Shown: positions 1 through 9,727, numbered from the stretch's first letter. The stretch is 44,321 nucleotides of DNA from Bacteroidota bacterium (GCA_026391755.1 JAPLDN010000273.1:1-44321), one strand, 5' to 3'. Program-made: numbers and translations. Notes: generated by a model from the sequence alone, not told the origin.

Positions 1-192
1 TCGGGATGATGAACCTCACTTACAATATTTGTCGCTGTACTCAATTAAAAATAGTGGTTGCCATGGGATAGGTATGTCCGGACGTGAAAGATGTTGTTTT
101 GCATAGCCTTGATATTCAGTTATATGTAAAATAGGGGGGGGTAAAATTAGGTTTTTAGAAAACCATAGTATATATTTGTGTCGAAACTGGCA

Positions 193-1782
193 TCAAAAAA
201 AGTAGTTTTTAGAGGTGCCCTTATAATAATGGAGTTGTTTGCTTGCATCCGAATTACCGTAATTCCACTGGTCGCTGACCGAAAAGAACCATTTGGGTGA
301 AATTGTAATTTCCATCAGGCCGGCAGCCCAGTTCCCGTTATCCTGTTTAGTCCACAAACCCTGGAGTTCCCAGCGAAGCGATAATTTTTTATTGACGTTG
401 AAGGTAACATCGGCAATACCGATGTTGGAATAGATCAGGGGATCTTCCGGATGGCCCTGAACAACGGCTTTGTTATACGTCTGGTAGAGGTAATCGAAGA
501 TGCCCTTTACTTTTTTTCCGAATTTTTTACTGATCTCCACCTGTGTTTCCTGCCAGTACACCTCGTTGCCGATTGAGTAAAAGTTCGTGGCATAGCCCAG
601 TGTACCTGACTGCCCTATAGGCGTGGTGTCATTGACAGGTGTTTTCTTGATCGAATTCACCTGAGAAAAATCCACGGCTATGGTGAGTCCATTCTTCCCT
701 CCAAGCCTGGTATTTTTTGGAATTGTATACATCACCCCCGCAGCAATACCGACTTCACCGGTAGTCTGGGTTGCGTAAGGATACATCGAGGCAAGTGCAT
801 AAGTATGCTCTTTGTTGATAGCCGGCAGATAATTGATGTCGAGTCCGTTGATCGTATAGCTCCGGTTCGATTTGTAGCTGAAGTTATCAATCCATTTTGA
901 TTTAACTTCCACTCCGAAATTTTTCCTTGAATAAGAAAGATCGAAGAGTATTGAATTACCGGGTTTATATATATATACGTTCATCTGAGAAGGGTCGTTG
1001 ATCTTATGGGCATATTCGGAGTAAAAATTCACACCTGCGTAGTTCAGATTAAGCCTTCCTCCGTAACAGGCTACATTTTCAGGAAGGTTAAAAGTATACA
1101 CCTTGTCACCAACAGGATAGATCATGGTTTTACCGGCCTGGTAGTCACTTACGAAGCTGCCCCCGAGGGTGATCTTCAGCTTTGCGTTAGCCAGGGCGTT
1201 GAACATCTCGTTAAGACTAAAATCTCCGTCAATCCCCTTTACAATGCCCCGGTTATTATTTTGATAAGGAATCCAGAAAGTTCTCTGGAACCCATAAACT
1301 CCGGTAAGGGTTATCCCTTTCGAAGGCATGAATTTCACCCTTAGGCCCCTCATGGAATTGTCATATCCGAGAGTCCAGTCCTGGTAAGTCCTGAATGTCA
1401 TACCCTGTGCAAATTGTTCATAAAAATTTCCGGCTGTGATTTCAAGAAGGTCGTTCTTATATTTGACATACCAGTAGGGAACGCCGGCTCCCTGGTACTG
1501 TGCGTCGTATCCTAAAAGGGGAGGCAGGTATGCTTCAAACCTCAGGCCGGCATAGAAACTTTTATATTCATAGTTCACCTCGGTATAGCCATTCATCCGG
1601 ATAGGTTGTCCGTTGAGGGATTGGCTGGTGATTCCCATGGCCGCATCAGTCTGGTACAATGCGGCATCGGCCTGGAAAGAGCCTGTAACCTGGGCATTCT
1701 TCAGGAAATCCTGAGCTGCCAGGCGGCATGGAAACATTCCAATAGTTACAATCCCAATACAAAGCAGGATACTTTTTTTCAA
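193..1782 (-). CDS. Putative outer-membrane beta-barrel (porin-like) protein, function unknown
   Basis: 529-aa ORF with the signal peptide MKKSILLCIGIVTIGMFPCRLAAQ. It has an aromatic/Gly-rich alternating strand pattern and an aromatic C-terminus (..KNYFF). It lies directly downstream of a TlpA-like gene on the same strand. A possible DUF6029-type assignment is from memory only. Confidence 0.65.
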   Translation of the reverse strand: MKKSILLCIGIVTIGMFPCRLAAQDFLKNAQVTGSFQADAALYQTDAAMGITSQSLNGQPIRMNGYTEVNYEYKSFYAGLRFEAYLPPLLGYDAQYQGAGVPYWYVKYKNDLLEITAGNFYEQFAQGMTFRTYQDWTLGYDNSMRGLRVKFMPSKGITLTGVYGFQRTFWIPYQNNNRGIVKGIDGDFSLNEMFNALANAKLKITLGGSFVSDYQAGKTMIYPVGDKVYTFNLPENVACYGGRLNLNYAGVNFYSEYAHKINDPSQMNVYIYKPGNSILFDLSYSRKNFGVEVKSKWIDNFSYKSNRSYTINGLDINYLPAINKEHTYALASMYPYATQTTGEVGIAAGVMYTIPKNTRLGGKNGLTIAVDFSQVNSIKKTPVNDTTPIGQSGTLGYATNFYSIGNEVYWQETQVEISKKFGKKVKGIFDYLYQTYNKAVVQGHPEDPLIYSNIGIADVTFNVNKKLSLRWELQGLWTKQDNGNWAAGLMEITISPKWFFSVSDQWNYGNSDASKQLHYYKGTSKNYFF

Positions 1783-1800
1783 TGCTTTACAATTTTGACA

Positions 1801-2328
1801 TTATTTGATTTCTTCGCCTTTTATTACTTTTCGCACGATGTCGATGATAGTAAACTCCCCTCCTTCTGCAAAAGTGGAATGGCTCCATACGATCTCGCCT
1901 TTTCCGTTAACAACAAAAGTCATAGGAACCAAGGGGACACCCATAGCCCGCATGAAATCAGAGTTTTGGTCGAGGAGCACTGTATATTCCCATCCTTTCC
2001 CGTCAACATAGGGTTTTACATTCAGGGTGGACCTTGCATTATCAACTGAAATGGCATAAAGTTTCACCCCGGTTTCTTTCACCCAGTCATCATAGACATC
2101 GGCTATAGCATTCAATTCGCGTTTACAGGGGGAGCACCATGTTGCCCAGAAATCGATAATAATGGGTTTTCCGTCATTGCTGATATCGGTGGTGCTGAAC
2201 ACATTCCCGTAAACATCCTTGATGTTGACCTGGGGGATGGTTTTGCGTTTGGCTGAAGCGTCTTCACTCTGGGCGAAAGTTATTACGAGAACTGAGAGAA
2301 AGATAAAGAGCAGGCTTGCTTTTTTCAT
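1801..2328 (-). CDS. TlpA/ResA-family thiol:disulfide oxidoreductase (thioredoxin fold), secreted
   Basis: 175 aa with a signal peptide, the redox motif FWATWCSPC, and a typical TlpA length. Confidence 0.85.
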   Translation of the reverse strand: MKKASLLFIFLSVLVITFAQSEDASAKRKTIPQVNIKDVYGNVFSTTDISNDGKPIIIDFWATWCSPCKRELNAIADVYDDWVKETGVKLYAISVDNARSTLNVKPYVDGKGWEYTVLLDQNSDFMRAMGVPLVPMTFVVNGKGEIVWSHSTFAEGGEFTIIDIVRKVIKGEEIK

Positions 2329-2372
2329 GAATTAAGTGTGATTAAATTAACAGTGGCAAAAGTACGTGTTTT

Positions 2373-3353
2373 TTAGACATTGTATACTTCCAATATCTTG
2401 CAGGAAGGGCGCGGGAAAAGGGTGATTTTGTCAAGAAATGCGGGAATCAGCAGGACTTCCCCTTTCGTTATATACTCTTTTCCAGATACAAAGGCGATTT
2501 CAGCATCACCTTCAAGGCAAATAAGGATCACGTAAGAGTCTATTTCAGAATAATCTTTGGCGATTGGAAGGTTGAAATCCAAAAGGCTTGTCAGGAAATA
2601 AGGACATTGAACCAGGCTGACTGTATGGTTCTCCGATGCAGAATATTCTGTTCGGTATGATTGCGGGACGTTAAAATCAATTGCATCCAGGGCAAGTTCA
2701 GTATGCATCTCCCGGGCTTTACCTTCATTGTCGACCCGGTCCCAATCATAAATACGGTAGGTAGTGTCGGATGTCTGCTGAATTTCGGCAAGGAGGATGC
2801 CGGGGCCAAGGGCATGGACCCTCCCGGCCGGCATGTAAAACACATCTCCTTTCCCGACCGTTTCAAAGTTCAGGATATTGCCCAGGGTTTTTTCCTTCAC
2901 ATTCTTAACATAAAAATCCCTTCCGATCTTCATGTTAAAGCCTGAGATAAGCTGAGCCCCCGGTATGGCATCGAGTACATACCACATTTCGGTCTTCCCA
3001 CCTCCAAGTTTGCGTTTTGCAGCCAGTGCCTCATCAGGATGTACCTGAACCGAGAGCCAGTCGTTGGCGTCAATAAATTTGACAAGGATTGGAAACTCCT
3101 CCTTGTGTTTTGCAAAATTCTTTTCGCCAACAAGCTCATCCATGTAAATTTCAAGAAGCTCATTCAGTTCATTTCCCTTTAAAAATCCGTTTGCCACCCT
3201 GGTCTGCGATCCGGGTACTCCCGAGAGCATCCAGGCTTCCCCTATGCTGGGATGAGGATCAAAATTGATCCCCAGTGAAGATTTCATCTTTTGCCCGCCC
3301 CATATCTTCTCCCGGAACAATGGCTTGAATTTTAAGGGGTATAAGGTATTCAT
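2373..3353 (-). CDS. manA: Type I phosphomannose isomerase (mannose-6-phosphate isomerase)
   Basis: 326 aa. The N-terminus LYPLKFKPLFREKIWGG and the motifs SVQVHPD and GDVFYMPAGRVHALG are cupin-type PMI signatures. Confidence 0.8.
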   Translation of the reverse strand: MNTLYPLKFKPLFREKIWGGQKMKSSLGINFDPHPSIGEAWMLSGVPGSQTRVANGFLKGNELNELLEIYMDELVGEKNFAKHKEEFPILVKFIDANDWLSVQVHPDEALAAKRKLGGGKTEMWYVLDAIPGAQLISGFNMKIGRDFYVKNVKEKTLGNILNFETVGKGDVFYMPAGRVHALGPGILLAEIQQTSDTTYRIYDWDRVDNEGKAREMHTELALDAIDFNVPQSYRTEYSASENHTVSLVQCPYFLTSLLDFNLPIAKDYSEIDSYVILICLEGDAEIAFVSGKEYITKGEVLLIPAFLDKITLFPRPSCKILEVYNV

Positions 3354-3437
3354 AAGAATAATGTTATGACGACGGATGACTTTGTTATAATTTGTAATTT
3401 TGTTTTCCCGGAAGCAAAATTAACATTTCCCGGGGAT

Positions 3438-3989
3438 ATGGTATGCATCGGAATTACCGGAACTTTAGGGGCCGGAAAAGGCACAGTCGTAGAATATCTT
3501 GAGAGATCAAGGGGATTTAAGCATTTCTCTGTAAGGGGGTTCCTGCTTGAGCTGATCCGGCTGGAAGGGATGCCCGAAAACCGGGACAGCATGTTTTTGC
3601 TGGGCAACAGGTTAAGGAAGGCTTACGGCCCTTCTTACGTTGTCGACTGCTTGTATGAGCAGGCTGCGAAAAGCGGTGAAAACTGCATCATTGAAAGTAT
3701 CAGAACGCCGGGTGAAGCCTCTTCCCTGAGAACAAAGGGTGATTTTTACCTGATGGCCGTTGATGCAGATCCGAAGACACGGTATGAACGTATAGTTGAG
3801 AGGAAATCAGAGACCGATACTGTTTCTTTTGCAACTTTCGCCCAAAATGAAGAAAGGGAAATGACTTCCACCGATCCGAATATGCAGAACATCAGGGAAT
3901 GTATACGCATGGCCGATTTCGTGCTCACAAATAACGGGAGCAGGGATGAATTGTTTACACAGGTGGAAGAAATCTTAAAGAAGATCTGA
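3438..3989 (+). CDS. P-loop nucleotide/nucleoside kinase-like protein (dephospho-CoA kinase/dNMP kinase-like fold)
   Basis: Walker A motif GITGTLGAGKGT lies right after the internal ATG at 3438. The track ORF starts at 3366, only 12 nt from divergent manA, so the later start is more plausible. The stop is 1 nt before the dCMP deaminase start. Confidence 0.6.
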   Translation: MVCIGITGTLGAGKGTVVEYLERSRGFKHFSVRGFLLELIRLEGMPENRDSMFLLGNRLRKAYGPSYVVDCLYEQAAKSGENCIIESIRTPGEASSLRTKGDFYLMAVDADPKTRYERIVERKSETDTVSFATFAQNEEREMTSTDPNMQNIRECIRMADFVLTNNGSRDELFTQVEEILKKI

Positions 3990-3990
3990 T

Positions 3991-4488
3991 ATGGAAGAGC
4001 AGCATTATATCCGACCCACATGGGACCAGTATTTCATGGAAATTGCGAATACGGTAGCCACCAGGGCAACCTGTGACCGGGGCCGGAGCGGCTGTGTGAT
4101 CGCCCGCGACAAACAGATCCTGGTAACCGGCTATGTAGGCAGCCCCAGGGGATTGAAGCATTGTGACGAGATCGGCCATCTCATGAAGAAAGTACACCAT
4201 GATGACGGCCGCATCACACAGCATTGCATGCGCACGGTGCATGCCGAACAAAATGCAATATGCCAGGCAGCCCGTCTCGGCATTTCTCTTCAGGGTGCCA
4301 GTATTTATTGCAGGATGACACCATGCCGTACCTGTGCCATGCTCATCATCAACTGCGGGATAGAACGCGTTGTATGTGAAAGGAAATACCACGACAGCCT
4401 GGAAAGCGAAGAAATGTTCCGGCAATCAGGGGTAATCCTCGATTATGTGTATAACGAAGTACAGGAGTATACTAACCAGCAGGGGTAA
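3991..4488 (+). CDS. Deoxycytidylate (dCMP) deaminase, ComEB-like
   Basis: 165 aa with the N-terminus TWDQYFMEIA and the zinc motifs HAEQNAI and PCRTCA. Confidence 0.85.
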   Translation: MEEQHYIRPTWDQYFMEIANTVATRATCDRGRSGCVIARDKQILVTGYVGSPRGLKHCDEIGHLMKKVHHDDGRITQHCMRTVHAEQNAICQAARLGISLQGASIYCRMTPCRTCAMLIINCGIERVVCERKYHDSLESEEMFRQSGVILDYVYNEVQEYTNQQG

Positions 4489-4530
4489 AGAGTGATGAAC
4501 CTGCCCGAGACGCGTTGAGAATTTAGTAAT

Positions 4531-5046
4531 ATGAACCCAGAGCACGGATTATCAAGATCCCAGTTTGAAGTTTTATTTCGCAGCGAATACAAAGGCATGC
4601 TGTTCTTTGCTATCAGTTATGTGAAGGAAGAAGAAGCAGCCAAAGAAATAGTTCAGGAAGCCTTCATCAACCTCTGGGAGAAAAGGGAAAGCATTGATCC
4701 GGAAAAGGAAGTCAGATCCTACCTTTCGGCATCCGTAAGGAACCGTTGCCTCAATTATCTCCGCGACAATAAACGTTTTGCCGGGACTTTGCTCAGCCTG
4801 GGAGGGCTTCTTCCCATTCCCTCATCCGAAGATTATGATCAAATTGAATTCAGGGAACTCAGCCGCCAGGTGCATGATGCCATTGAGGAACTTCCTGAAA
4901 AATGCAGAGAAGTATTCCGCCTGAATCGTTTTGAGCAAATGAAATACCAGCAGATCGCCGACTTTTTGCAGATTTCTGTCAAAACTGTTGAAACCCAGAT
5001 GTCGAAGGCGCTGGCACATCTAAGGACCAGGATAAAACGGAATTAA
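4531..5046 (+). CDS. ECF-type RNA polymerase sigma-70 factor
   Basis: 171 aa with a region 2 (..QEAFINLWEKR..) and a region 4 HTH (..YQQIADFLQISVKTVETQMSKAL..). It is followed by a FecR-type anti-sigma gene. Confidence 0.85.
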   Translation: MNPEHGLSRSQFEVLFRSEYKGMLFFAISYVKEEEAAKEIVQEAFINLWEKRESIDPEKEVRSYLSASVRNRCLNYLRDNKRFAGTLLSLGGLLPIPSSEDYDQIEFRELSRQVHDAIEELPEKCREVFRLNRFEQMKYQQIADFLQISVKTVETQMSKALAHLRTRIKRN

Positions 5047-5103
5047 ACTTTTTATTGATATAGTATCAGGGTAAACAAGTGTTCAGGTGTATAACAAGTG
5101 ATC

Positions 5104-6162
5104 ATGGAACAAGATCCTACATATTTTGAAGAGCTCATCGCCAGGTATTTCAGCGGGGAAGCAATGCCTGCCGAGATAACTGAATTAACGGCATGGGTTG
5201 AAGAAGATCCTGAACATAAAACGGTCTTCATGGAATCTCAGTATGCCTGGATGTCTTCTGAGCAAATTCGTGTTGCCGAGGCAGCGAATATTGATCTGGA
5301 ATGGGAGGAGTTTCAAAAGCGGGCAGGGATCGTCAAAGATCATGATGAATCTGATGACCGTTTTGCCAGCGATGATCGTGATGGTCGTGATAAAAATCTC
5401 GCTTTCTCTCCCTTTCACCATTTCGCCATTTCCAGCATTCTCATGCGGGCCGCAGCTGTCCTCCTGATCCTGGCCCTTCCTTCATTCCTGCTTTTCCGTT
5501 ATCTCAACAAACCTGTTATTAAAGAACTGGCCGCTAATACCGGCCGTATGGAAGCCCTTCTGCCCGACGGTTCAAAAGTCATCCTGAATACAGGGGCTGT
5601 GATAAAATACCCCGAAACATTCAATGGGAAGAAAAGGGCTGTGAGCCTTGAAGGTGAAGCCTATTTTGATGTGGCCCATAACGCTTCAAAACCATTCATC
5701 ATTGCAACCGACGGGATAAGGGTTGAAGTGAGAGGAACTTCATTTTATATCAATACCCGTTCCATGAGCGGTGATTTCGAACTGGTACTTACTACAGGTA
5801 AAGTGGAGCTTTACTTTGAGAACCAGCCAGGCGGGGCCAGGGTGCTGAAACCCGGTGAAAGAGCAGTAATCCATGGGGACCAGATCATTATAAACGCCAA
5901 CCAGGATGCCAACTACATGGCCTGGAAAACACACCGGATAGCATTCAATAACGATCCTCTTAATTCAGTGGCTGCCACCTTAAGCAAAGTATACCAGGCC
6001 GATATCCGTTTAAGCGATCCTGCCCTGGCCCAATGCCGCCTCACTGCAACATTTGACAATCAATCCCTTGAATCTGTACTAAACGTGATCAAAGCAACGT
6101 TAGATGTAAATATCAGGGATTCCGGATCTTTGGTGGAAATCTCCGGCAAAGGATGCAGATAG
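5104..6162 (+). CDS. FecR-family anti-sigma factor / transmembrane sensor
   Basis: It has an N-terminal anti-sigma domain, one TM helix (AAAVLLILALPSFLLF) and a FecR periplasmic domain (..LPDGSKVILNTGAVIKYP..V.LEGEAYFDV..). The ATG at 5104 is preferred over the GTG at 5098. Confidence 0.85.
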   Translation: MEQDPTYFEELIARYFSGEAMPAEITELTAWVEEDPEHKTVFMESQYAWMSSEQIRVAEAANIDLEWEEFQKRAGIVKDHDESDDRFASDDRDGRDKNLAFSPFHHFAISSILMRAAAVLLILALPSFLLFRYLNKPVIKELAANTGRMEALLPDGSKVILNTGAVIKYPETFNGKKRAVSLEGEAYFDVAHNASKPFIIATDGIRVEVRGTSFYINTRSMSGDFELVLTTGKVELYFENQPGGARVLKPGERAVIHGDQIIINANQDANYMAWKTHRIAFNNDPLNSVAATLSKVYQADIRLSDPALAQCRLTATFDNQSLESVLNVIKATLDVNIRDSGSLVEISGKGCR

Positions 6163-6185
6163 CGATCAGGAGTAAACAATTGGTA

Positions 6186-6234
6186 CATCTGAAATCTGAT
6201 GTCCGATATCTGATGTCGGATGTCAGATACCTGA
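6186..6234. repeat. Heptamer tandem array, about 7 units of TRTCNGA (catctga aatctga tgtccga tatctga tgtcgga tgtcaga tacctga)
   Basis: Read directly from the sequence. It spans the FecR stop to TonB-receptor start junction and contains the likely receptor ATG at 6213. Confidence 0.8.
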
Positions 6235-8789
6235 TTGTGATTCTTTTCCTTCTGGCAGAGTTCAGCCTGAATGCCCAGATCCTTGACAAACCCATCAGCA
6301 TACATATTAAAAACAAGCCCCTTCCCGAGGCCCTTAATGCCATATCCATTGAAGGCAACATCAATTTTTCTTATAATCCTCAAAGCATACCCGCCGATAA
6401 AACCGTAAGTTTAAATTGCCATAAGAAACCTCTGCGCGAGATCCTTGAAGCTATCTTAAAGCCTGTGGGTATCACGTTTTTTGAGCTTGAGGACCAGGTG
6501 GTGCTTAAACCGCCTGCTACCGGCCTCGTTCCACATCATGAAGAGCCTGCAAAAACGCCCCGGCATCTTACCGTCAGCGGTTATATCAGGGAAAAGAACA
6601 GCGGGGAAGCACTCATCGGGGCTAATGTTTACGCAAGCGGGACAAATTACGGCACCAGCACGAACTCGTATGGGTTTTATTCACTTACCCTTCCCGAAGG
6701 AAGCTATGTGCTGGATTATTCCTTCCTTGGCTTCAGGGAGATCAAAGAACCACTGGATTTAAGGTCTGACCAGCGTATAAGCAAAGAGATGGAAGAAGCC
6801 AGGCTTGTCATAAAAGAAGTCGAGGTAAAGCCAAAAGAAACGGGATCCGACATCCGGCGAAGCCAATTAAGCGATTTTAATTTTTCGAATAAAACCCTGG
6901 CCAGCCTGCCGGGGTTTGCCGGTACCCCCGATATCCTGAAAGCCCTTCAGGTTGTGCCAGGCATACGCTCCTACGGGGACGGCTCTTCGTTGTTCTATGT
7001 AAGAGGCGGCAACAGCGACCAGAACCTCTTACTGCTGGACGAAGCACCCATTTACAATCCCTCGCATCTCTTTGGATTTTTTTCGGCCCTCTCCCCCGAT
7101 GCGGTAAACGATATCCAGGTATACAAGGGCGATTTCCCTCCCCGCTTCGGAGGAAGGCTGAGTTCGGTTGTGGATGTGAAAGCCCGGGAAGGGAATATGA
7201 AACGCTTTGGCTTCAGCGGCAACCTGGGGCCTTATGCCTCCAATATTTCCATTGAAGGCCCTATCTGGAAAAATCACGCCTCCTTTTTTATCTCCGGCCG
7301 GCTGTCGACTCTCAACTGGTTGAATTACCTCCTGAACGACCAGCCCGGCTTCAATATCCAATTTTATGATATCAATGCCAAGCTGAACCTCATTGCAAAC
7401 GACAACAACAGGTTCTACCTCACCTTTTATACCGGCCGTGATGACTTTAACCGCATCAATACATCGGCCTACCCCACTTTCGGCATAAGCTGGAACAATA
7501 TCCTGGGAACAGCCCGCTGGAACCATGTCTTCAATAAAAAGCTTTTTTCAAACACAACCCTGAATTACAGCCGTTATAACTATTATCTTTATACAAACAG
7601 CAATCAGGATAATTTCTGGACTTCTTCCATTTCAAACTTCACCCTTAAATCAGATTTTACATGGTTCCTGAACTCCGGCAACACCTTGCGTGCAGGCATG
7701 GATGTGACGAATTACCAATCCAATCCGGGGAACCTTAACAAAGGGGCAGAAAAAAGCAAAACCTCGGCCGGCACCGTGGTACCACTTCCGCTCTGGCAGG
7801 ATTTCGGCTCCACAACCGTATTTGCTTTCGACGCCAATTACCAGCTCATCGATTCGGCGAAGTACAAGCAAAGCATCTGCTATTACACTTATTTCAGCCC
7901 GGAACCGAGGCTAAGCATTATTTACAATATCACCGAACGGACTTCCCTGAAGTTCGGATATTCCAGGAATACCCAGTTTATACAGCAGTTGTCGAACTCC
8001 ACCGGACCCTTTACATCACTGGATGTTTGGGCTCCCTGCGGGCCTAACATCCCTGCCCAGAAAGCCGACCAGTGGGCCCTCGGCTGTTACCAGAAGTTCT
8101 CCCGTGACAGGTTGTTGTTCAGCGCCGAGATCTTTTATAAAGCTTACACCGACCACCTGGACTATAAAGACCATGCCAACCTCTTGTACAATCCTCTTAT
8201 CGAAGGCGAACTCCGCTTCGGCAAAGCCTGGGCATACGGCCTTGAACTCATGCTCAGGAAATCGGAAGGCAGGCTGACTGGATGGATCTCTTACACCTGG
8301 TCCAGGTCGTTGGTACAAACCGATGCAGTCAACAACAGCGAGCCTTATCCCTCGAATTTCGACAGTCCGAACGATGTATGTATTAATGTATCATACGATA
8401 ATCACAGGCACTGGGCTTTTTCGGCCGTCTGGTATTATCATACCGGCAGCCCGGTAACTACACCCACGGGTTTTTATTATAATAACGGCTACTCGGTGCC
8501 TGTTTACGGAGCCAGGAATAACAGCAGGCTGCCCGATTATCACCGCCTCGACCTTTCGGTGACTTACCGCATCAGCAAACCCGAAAAACGTTTTCAGCAA
8601 AACGTAATTTTAACATTATACAATGCTTACGGAAGGTATAACCCGTTTTCTCTGAGTTTTAACCGCATTATGGACAGCAACGGGAATTTCGTGGTGCCCA
8701 CAAATATGCAGGGCGGGTACCAGCTTGTCCCGACCACACTTTCGGTTGCCGGGATCATTCCATCCATCAATTATCAATTTAAATTCTGA
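6213..8789 (+). CDS. TonB-dependent receptor with N-terminal STN signalling domain and carboxypeptidase-regulatory-like domain
   Basis: Signal peptide MSDVRYLIVILFLLAEFSLNAQ starts from the ATG at 6213. The track start at 6153 adds repeat-encoded residues. Domains seen: an STN-like segment (ISIHIKNKPLPEALNAI..), a CarbopepD_reg segment (TVSGYIREKNSGEALIGANVY..), a plug (..FYVRGGNSDQNLLLLDEAPIYNPSHLFGFFS..) and a C-terminal barrel ending ..INYQFKF. Confidence 0.85.
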   Translation: MSDVRYLIVILFLLAEFSLNAQILDKPISIHIKNKPLPEALNAISIEGNINFSYNPQSIPADKTVSLNCHKKPLREILEAILKPVGITFFELEDQVVLKPPATGLVPHHEEPAKTPRHLTVSGYIREKNSGEALIGANVYASGTNYGTSTNSYGFYSLTLPEGSYVLDYSFLGFREIKEPLDLRSDQRISKEMEEARLVIKEVEVKPKETGSDIRRSQLSDFNFSNKTLASLPGFAGTPDILKALQVVPGIRSYGDGSSLFYVRGGNSDQNLLLLDEAPIYNPSHLFGFFSALSPDAVNDIQVYKGDFPPRFGGRLSSVVDVKAREGNMKRFGFSGNLGPYASNISIEGPIWKNHASFFISGRLSTLNWLNYLLNDQPGFNIQFYDINAKLNLIANDNNRFYLTFYTGRDDFNRINTSAYPTFGISWNNILGTARWNHVFNKKLFSNTTLNYSRYNYYLYTNSNQDNFWTSSISNFTLKSDFTWFLNSGNTLRAGMDVTNYQSNPGNLNKGAEKSKTSAGTVVPLPLWQDFGSTTVFAFDANYQLIDSAKYKQSICYYTYFSPEPRLSIIYNITERTSLKFGYSRNTQFIQQLSNSTGPFTSLDVWAPCGPNIPAQKADQWALGCYQKFSRDRLLFSAEIFYKAYTDHLDYKDHANLLYNPLIEGELRFGKAWAYGLELMLRKSEGRLTGWISYTWSRSLVQTDAVNNSEPYPSNFDSPNDVCINVSYDNHRHWAFSAVWYYHTGSPVTTPTGFYYNNGYSVPVYGARNNSRLPDYHRLDLSVTYRISKPEKRFQQNVILTLYNAYGRYNPFSLSFNRIMDSNGNFVVPTNMQGGYQLVPTTLSVAGIIPSINYQFKF

Positions 8790-9610
8790 TGAAAAGGAAA
8801 TTGATAATACTGGTCTTGTGTATACTGATGGCAGCATGCGTCAAACAGACACAATGGAATGTGCCTGGCGTGAACCCAAACCTCATCGCGGTGGAAGGCA
8901 TACTTACTTCAGAGCGAAAGGCTCAGACCATTGTGATCAACCATCCTGTGAACGCCCTGAACGACCCTTCAGTACCTGTAAGCGGTGCAACAGTGCTGAT
9001 CTTCACCGCCGACTCAAACTGGACCCTTACCGAAACACCTGCAGGAAGCGGGAAGTATAAAACCCCTTCAACTTTTATAGCGCTTCTGAATAAGACATAT
9101 ACCCTGAATATCTATAGCGGGAGCTCGGTATATTCGGCCAAGGCATCAATGGTGCCAGGTACGACTTTCTCGCAGCTGACTTATGCGCAAAACGACAAGG
9201 ATACCCTTTACCATATAAATTATGTGGCAAGCGCCTTCAGCAGCACCCAGCCCGCTATGTGGGAAATACTGCTCGACTGGACCAAAGTACCCGGATATGA
9301 GCATGCCGATACAAGCAAATGCAAGGCCAGGATGCTGTTTTACACTCTCCCGACTTTGGATGTGAGCGAGGTCTTTGCCCCGGTGGTGGAGCAGGTCTCA
9401 TTCCCGAGGGGAACCAACATTACACAAAGAAGGTACTCCCTGGCTCCAGCTCATGCGGAATTTGTTCGTGAGATGCTTCTTGAAACCAGCTGGCAGGGGG
9501 GACTCTTCCCTACAGCCGCTGCGAATGTCATGACCAACCTGAGTGCCGGCGCAGTAGGTTTCTTCGGAGTTTGCTCGGTGAATGAGTTGTCGGTGGTTGT
9601 AGGAAAGTAA
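8789..9610 (+). CDS. DUF4249-like lipoprotein (usual partner of this TonB-receptor class)
   Basis: The TGATG overlap with the receptor stop suggests coupling. It has a lipoprotein signal (LCILMAAC) and the pattern ..VEGILTSE..VSGATVLIF..GSGKYKT..YTLNIY typical of DUF4249. Confidence 0.75.
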   Translation: MKRKLIILVLCILMAACVKQTQWNVPGVNPNLIAVEGILTSERKAQTIVINHPVNALNDPSVPVSGATVLIFTADSNWTLTETPAGSGKYKTPSTFIALLNKTYTLNIYSGSSVYSAKASMVPGTTFSQLTYAQNDKDTLYHINYVASAFSSTQPAMWEILLDWTKVPGYEHADTSKCKARMLFYTLPTLDVSEVFAPVVEQVSFPRGTNITQRRYSLAPAHAEFVREMLLETSWQGGLFPTAAANVMTNLSAGAVGFFGVCSVNELSVVVGK

Positions 9611-9625
9611 AGTCGCTCATCTTGA

Positions 9626-9659
9626 TCATAACGCCATAACGAACTTTTTTTCATAACGG
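9626..9659. repeat. Mini-array YCATAACG x2, plus a third copy after a T-run
   Basis: tcataacg ccataacg aacttttttt cataacgg lies in the 117-nt spacer before the lipoprotein gene. It is weak, with only three units. Confidence 0.35.
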
Positions 9660-9727
9660 CATCAGGGTATGATCAACCATCCGTGTATAATTAACAAAAG
9701 CTAAAATTAACCTTAATACATAGTAAC

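Noticed and set aside
2-103. An open frame entering from the left edge (..RDDEPHLQYLSLYSIKNSGCHGIGMSGRERCCFA*), considered as the 3-prime end of an upstream gene.
   Set aside because: Only 33 codons are visible with no recognisable motif, so it cannot be distinguished from chance. Positions 65-85 (gggatag gtatgtc cggacgt) may instead be a three-unit relic of a heptamer array.
134-141. A G8 homopolymer in the left-edge intergenic DNA, considered as a possible phase-variation tract.
   Set aside because: It lies downstream of the 3-prime end of the barrel gene and is not in or just upstream of any start I can see. With no context beyond the window edge, it is not supportable.
5335-5400. An acidic low-complexity linker in FecR (DHDESDDRFASDDRDGRDK, DNA rich in GATGA/CGTGAT), considered as a possible decayed array.
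   Set aside because: The periodicity is inconsistent (a mix of 7 and 9 nt), and the segment sits in the naturally variable linker before the TM helix. The evidence is too weak.
6153-6212. An upstream ATG for the TonB-dependent receptor that overlaps fecR.
   Set aside because: It adds 20 mostly repeat-encoded residues ahead of a perfectly good signal peptide starting at 6213. I kept it as an alternative only.
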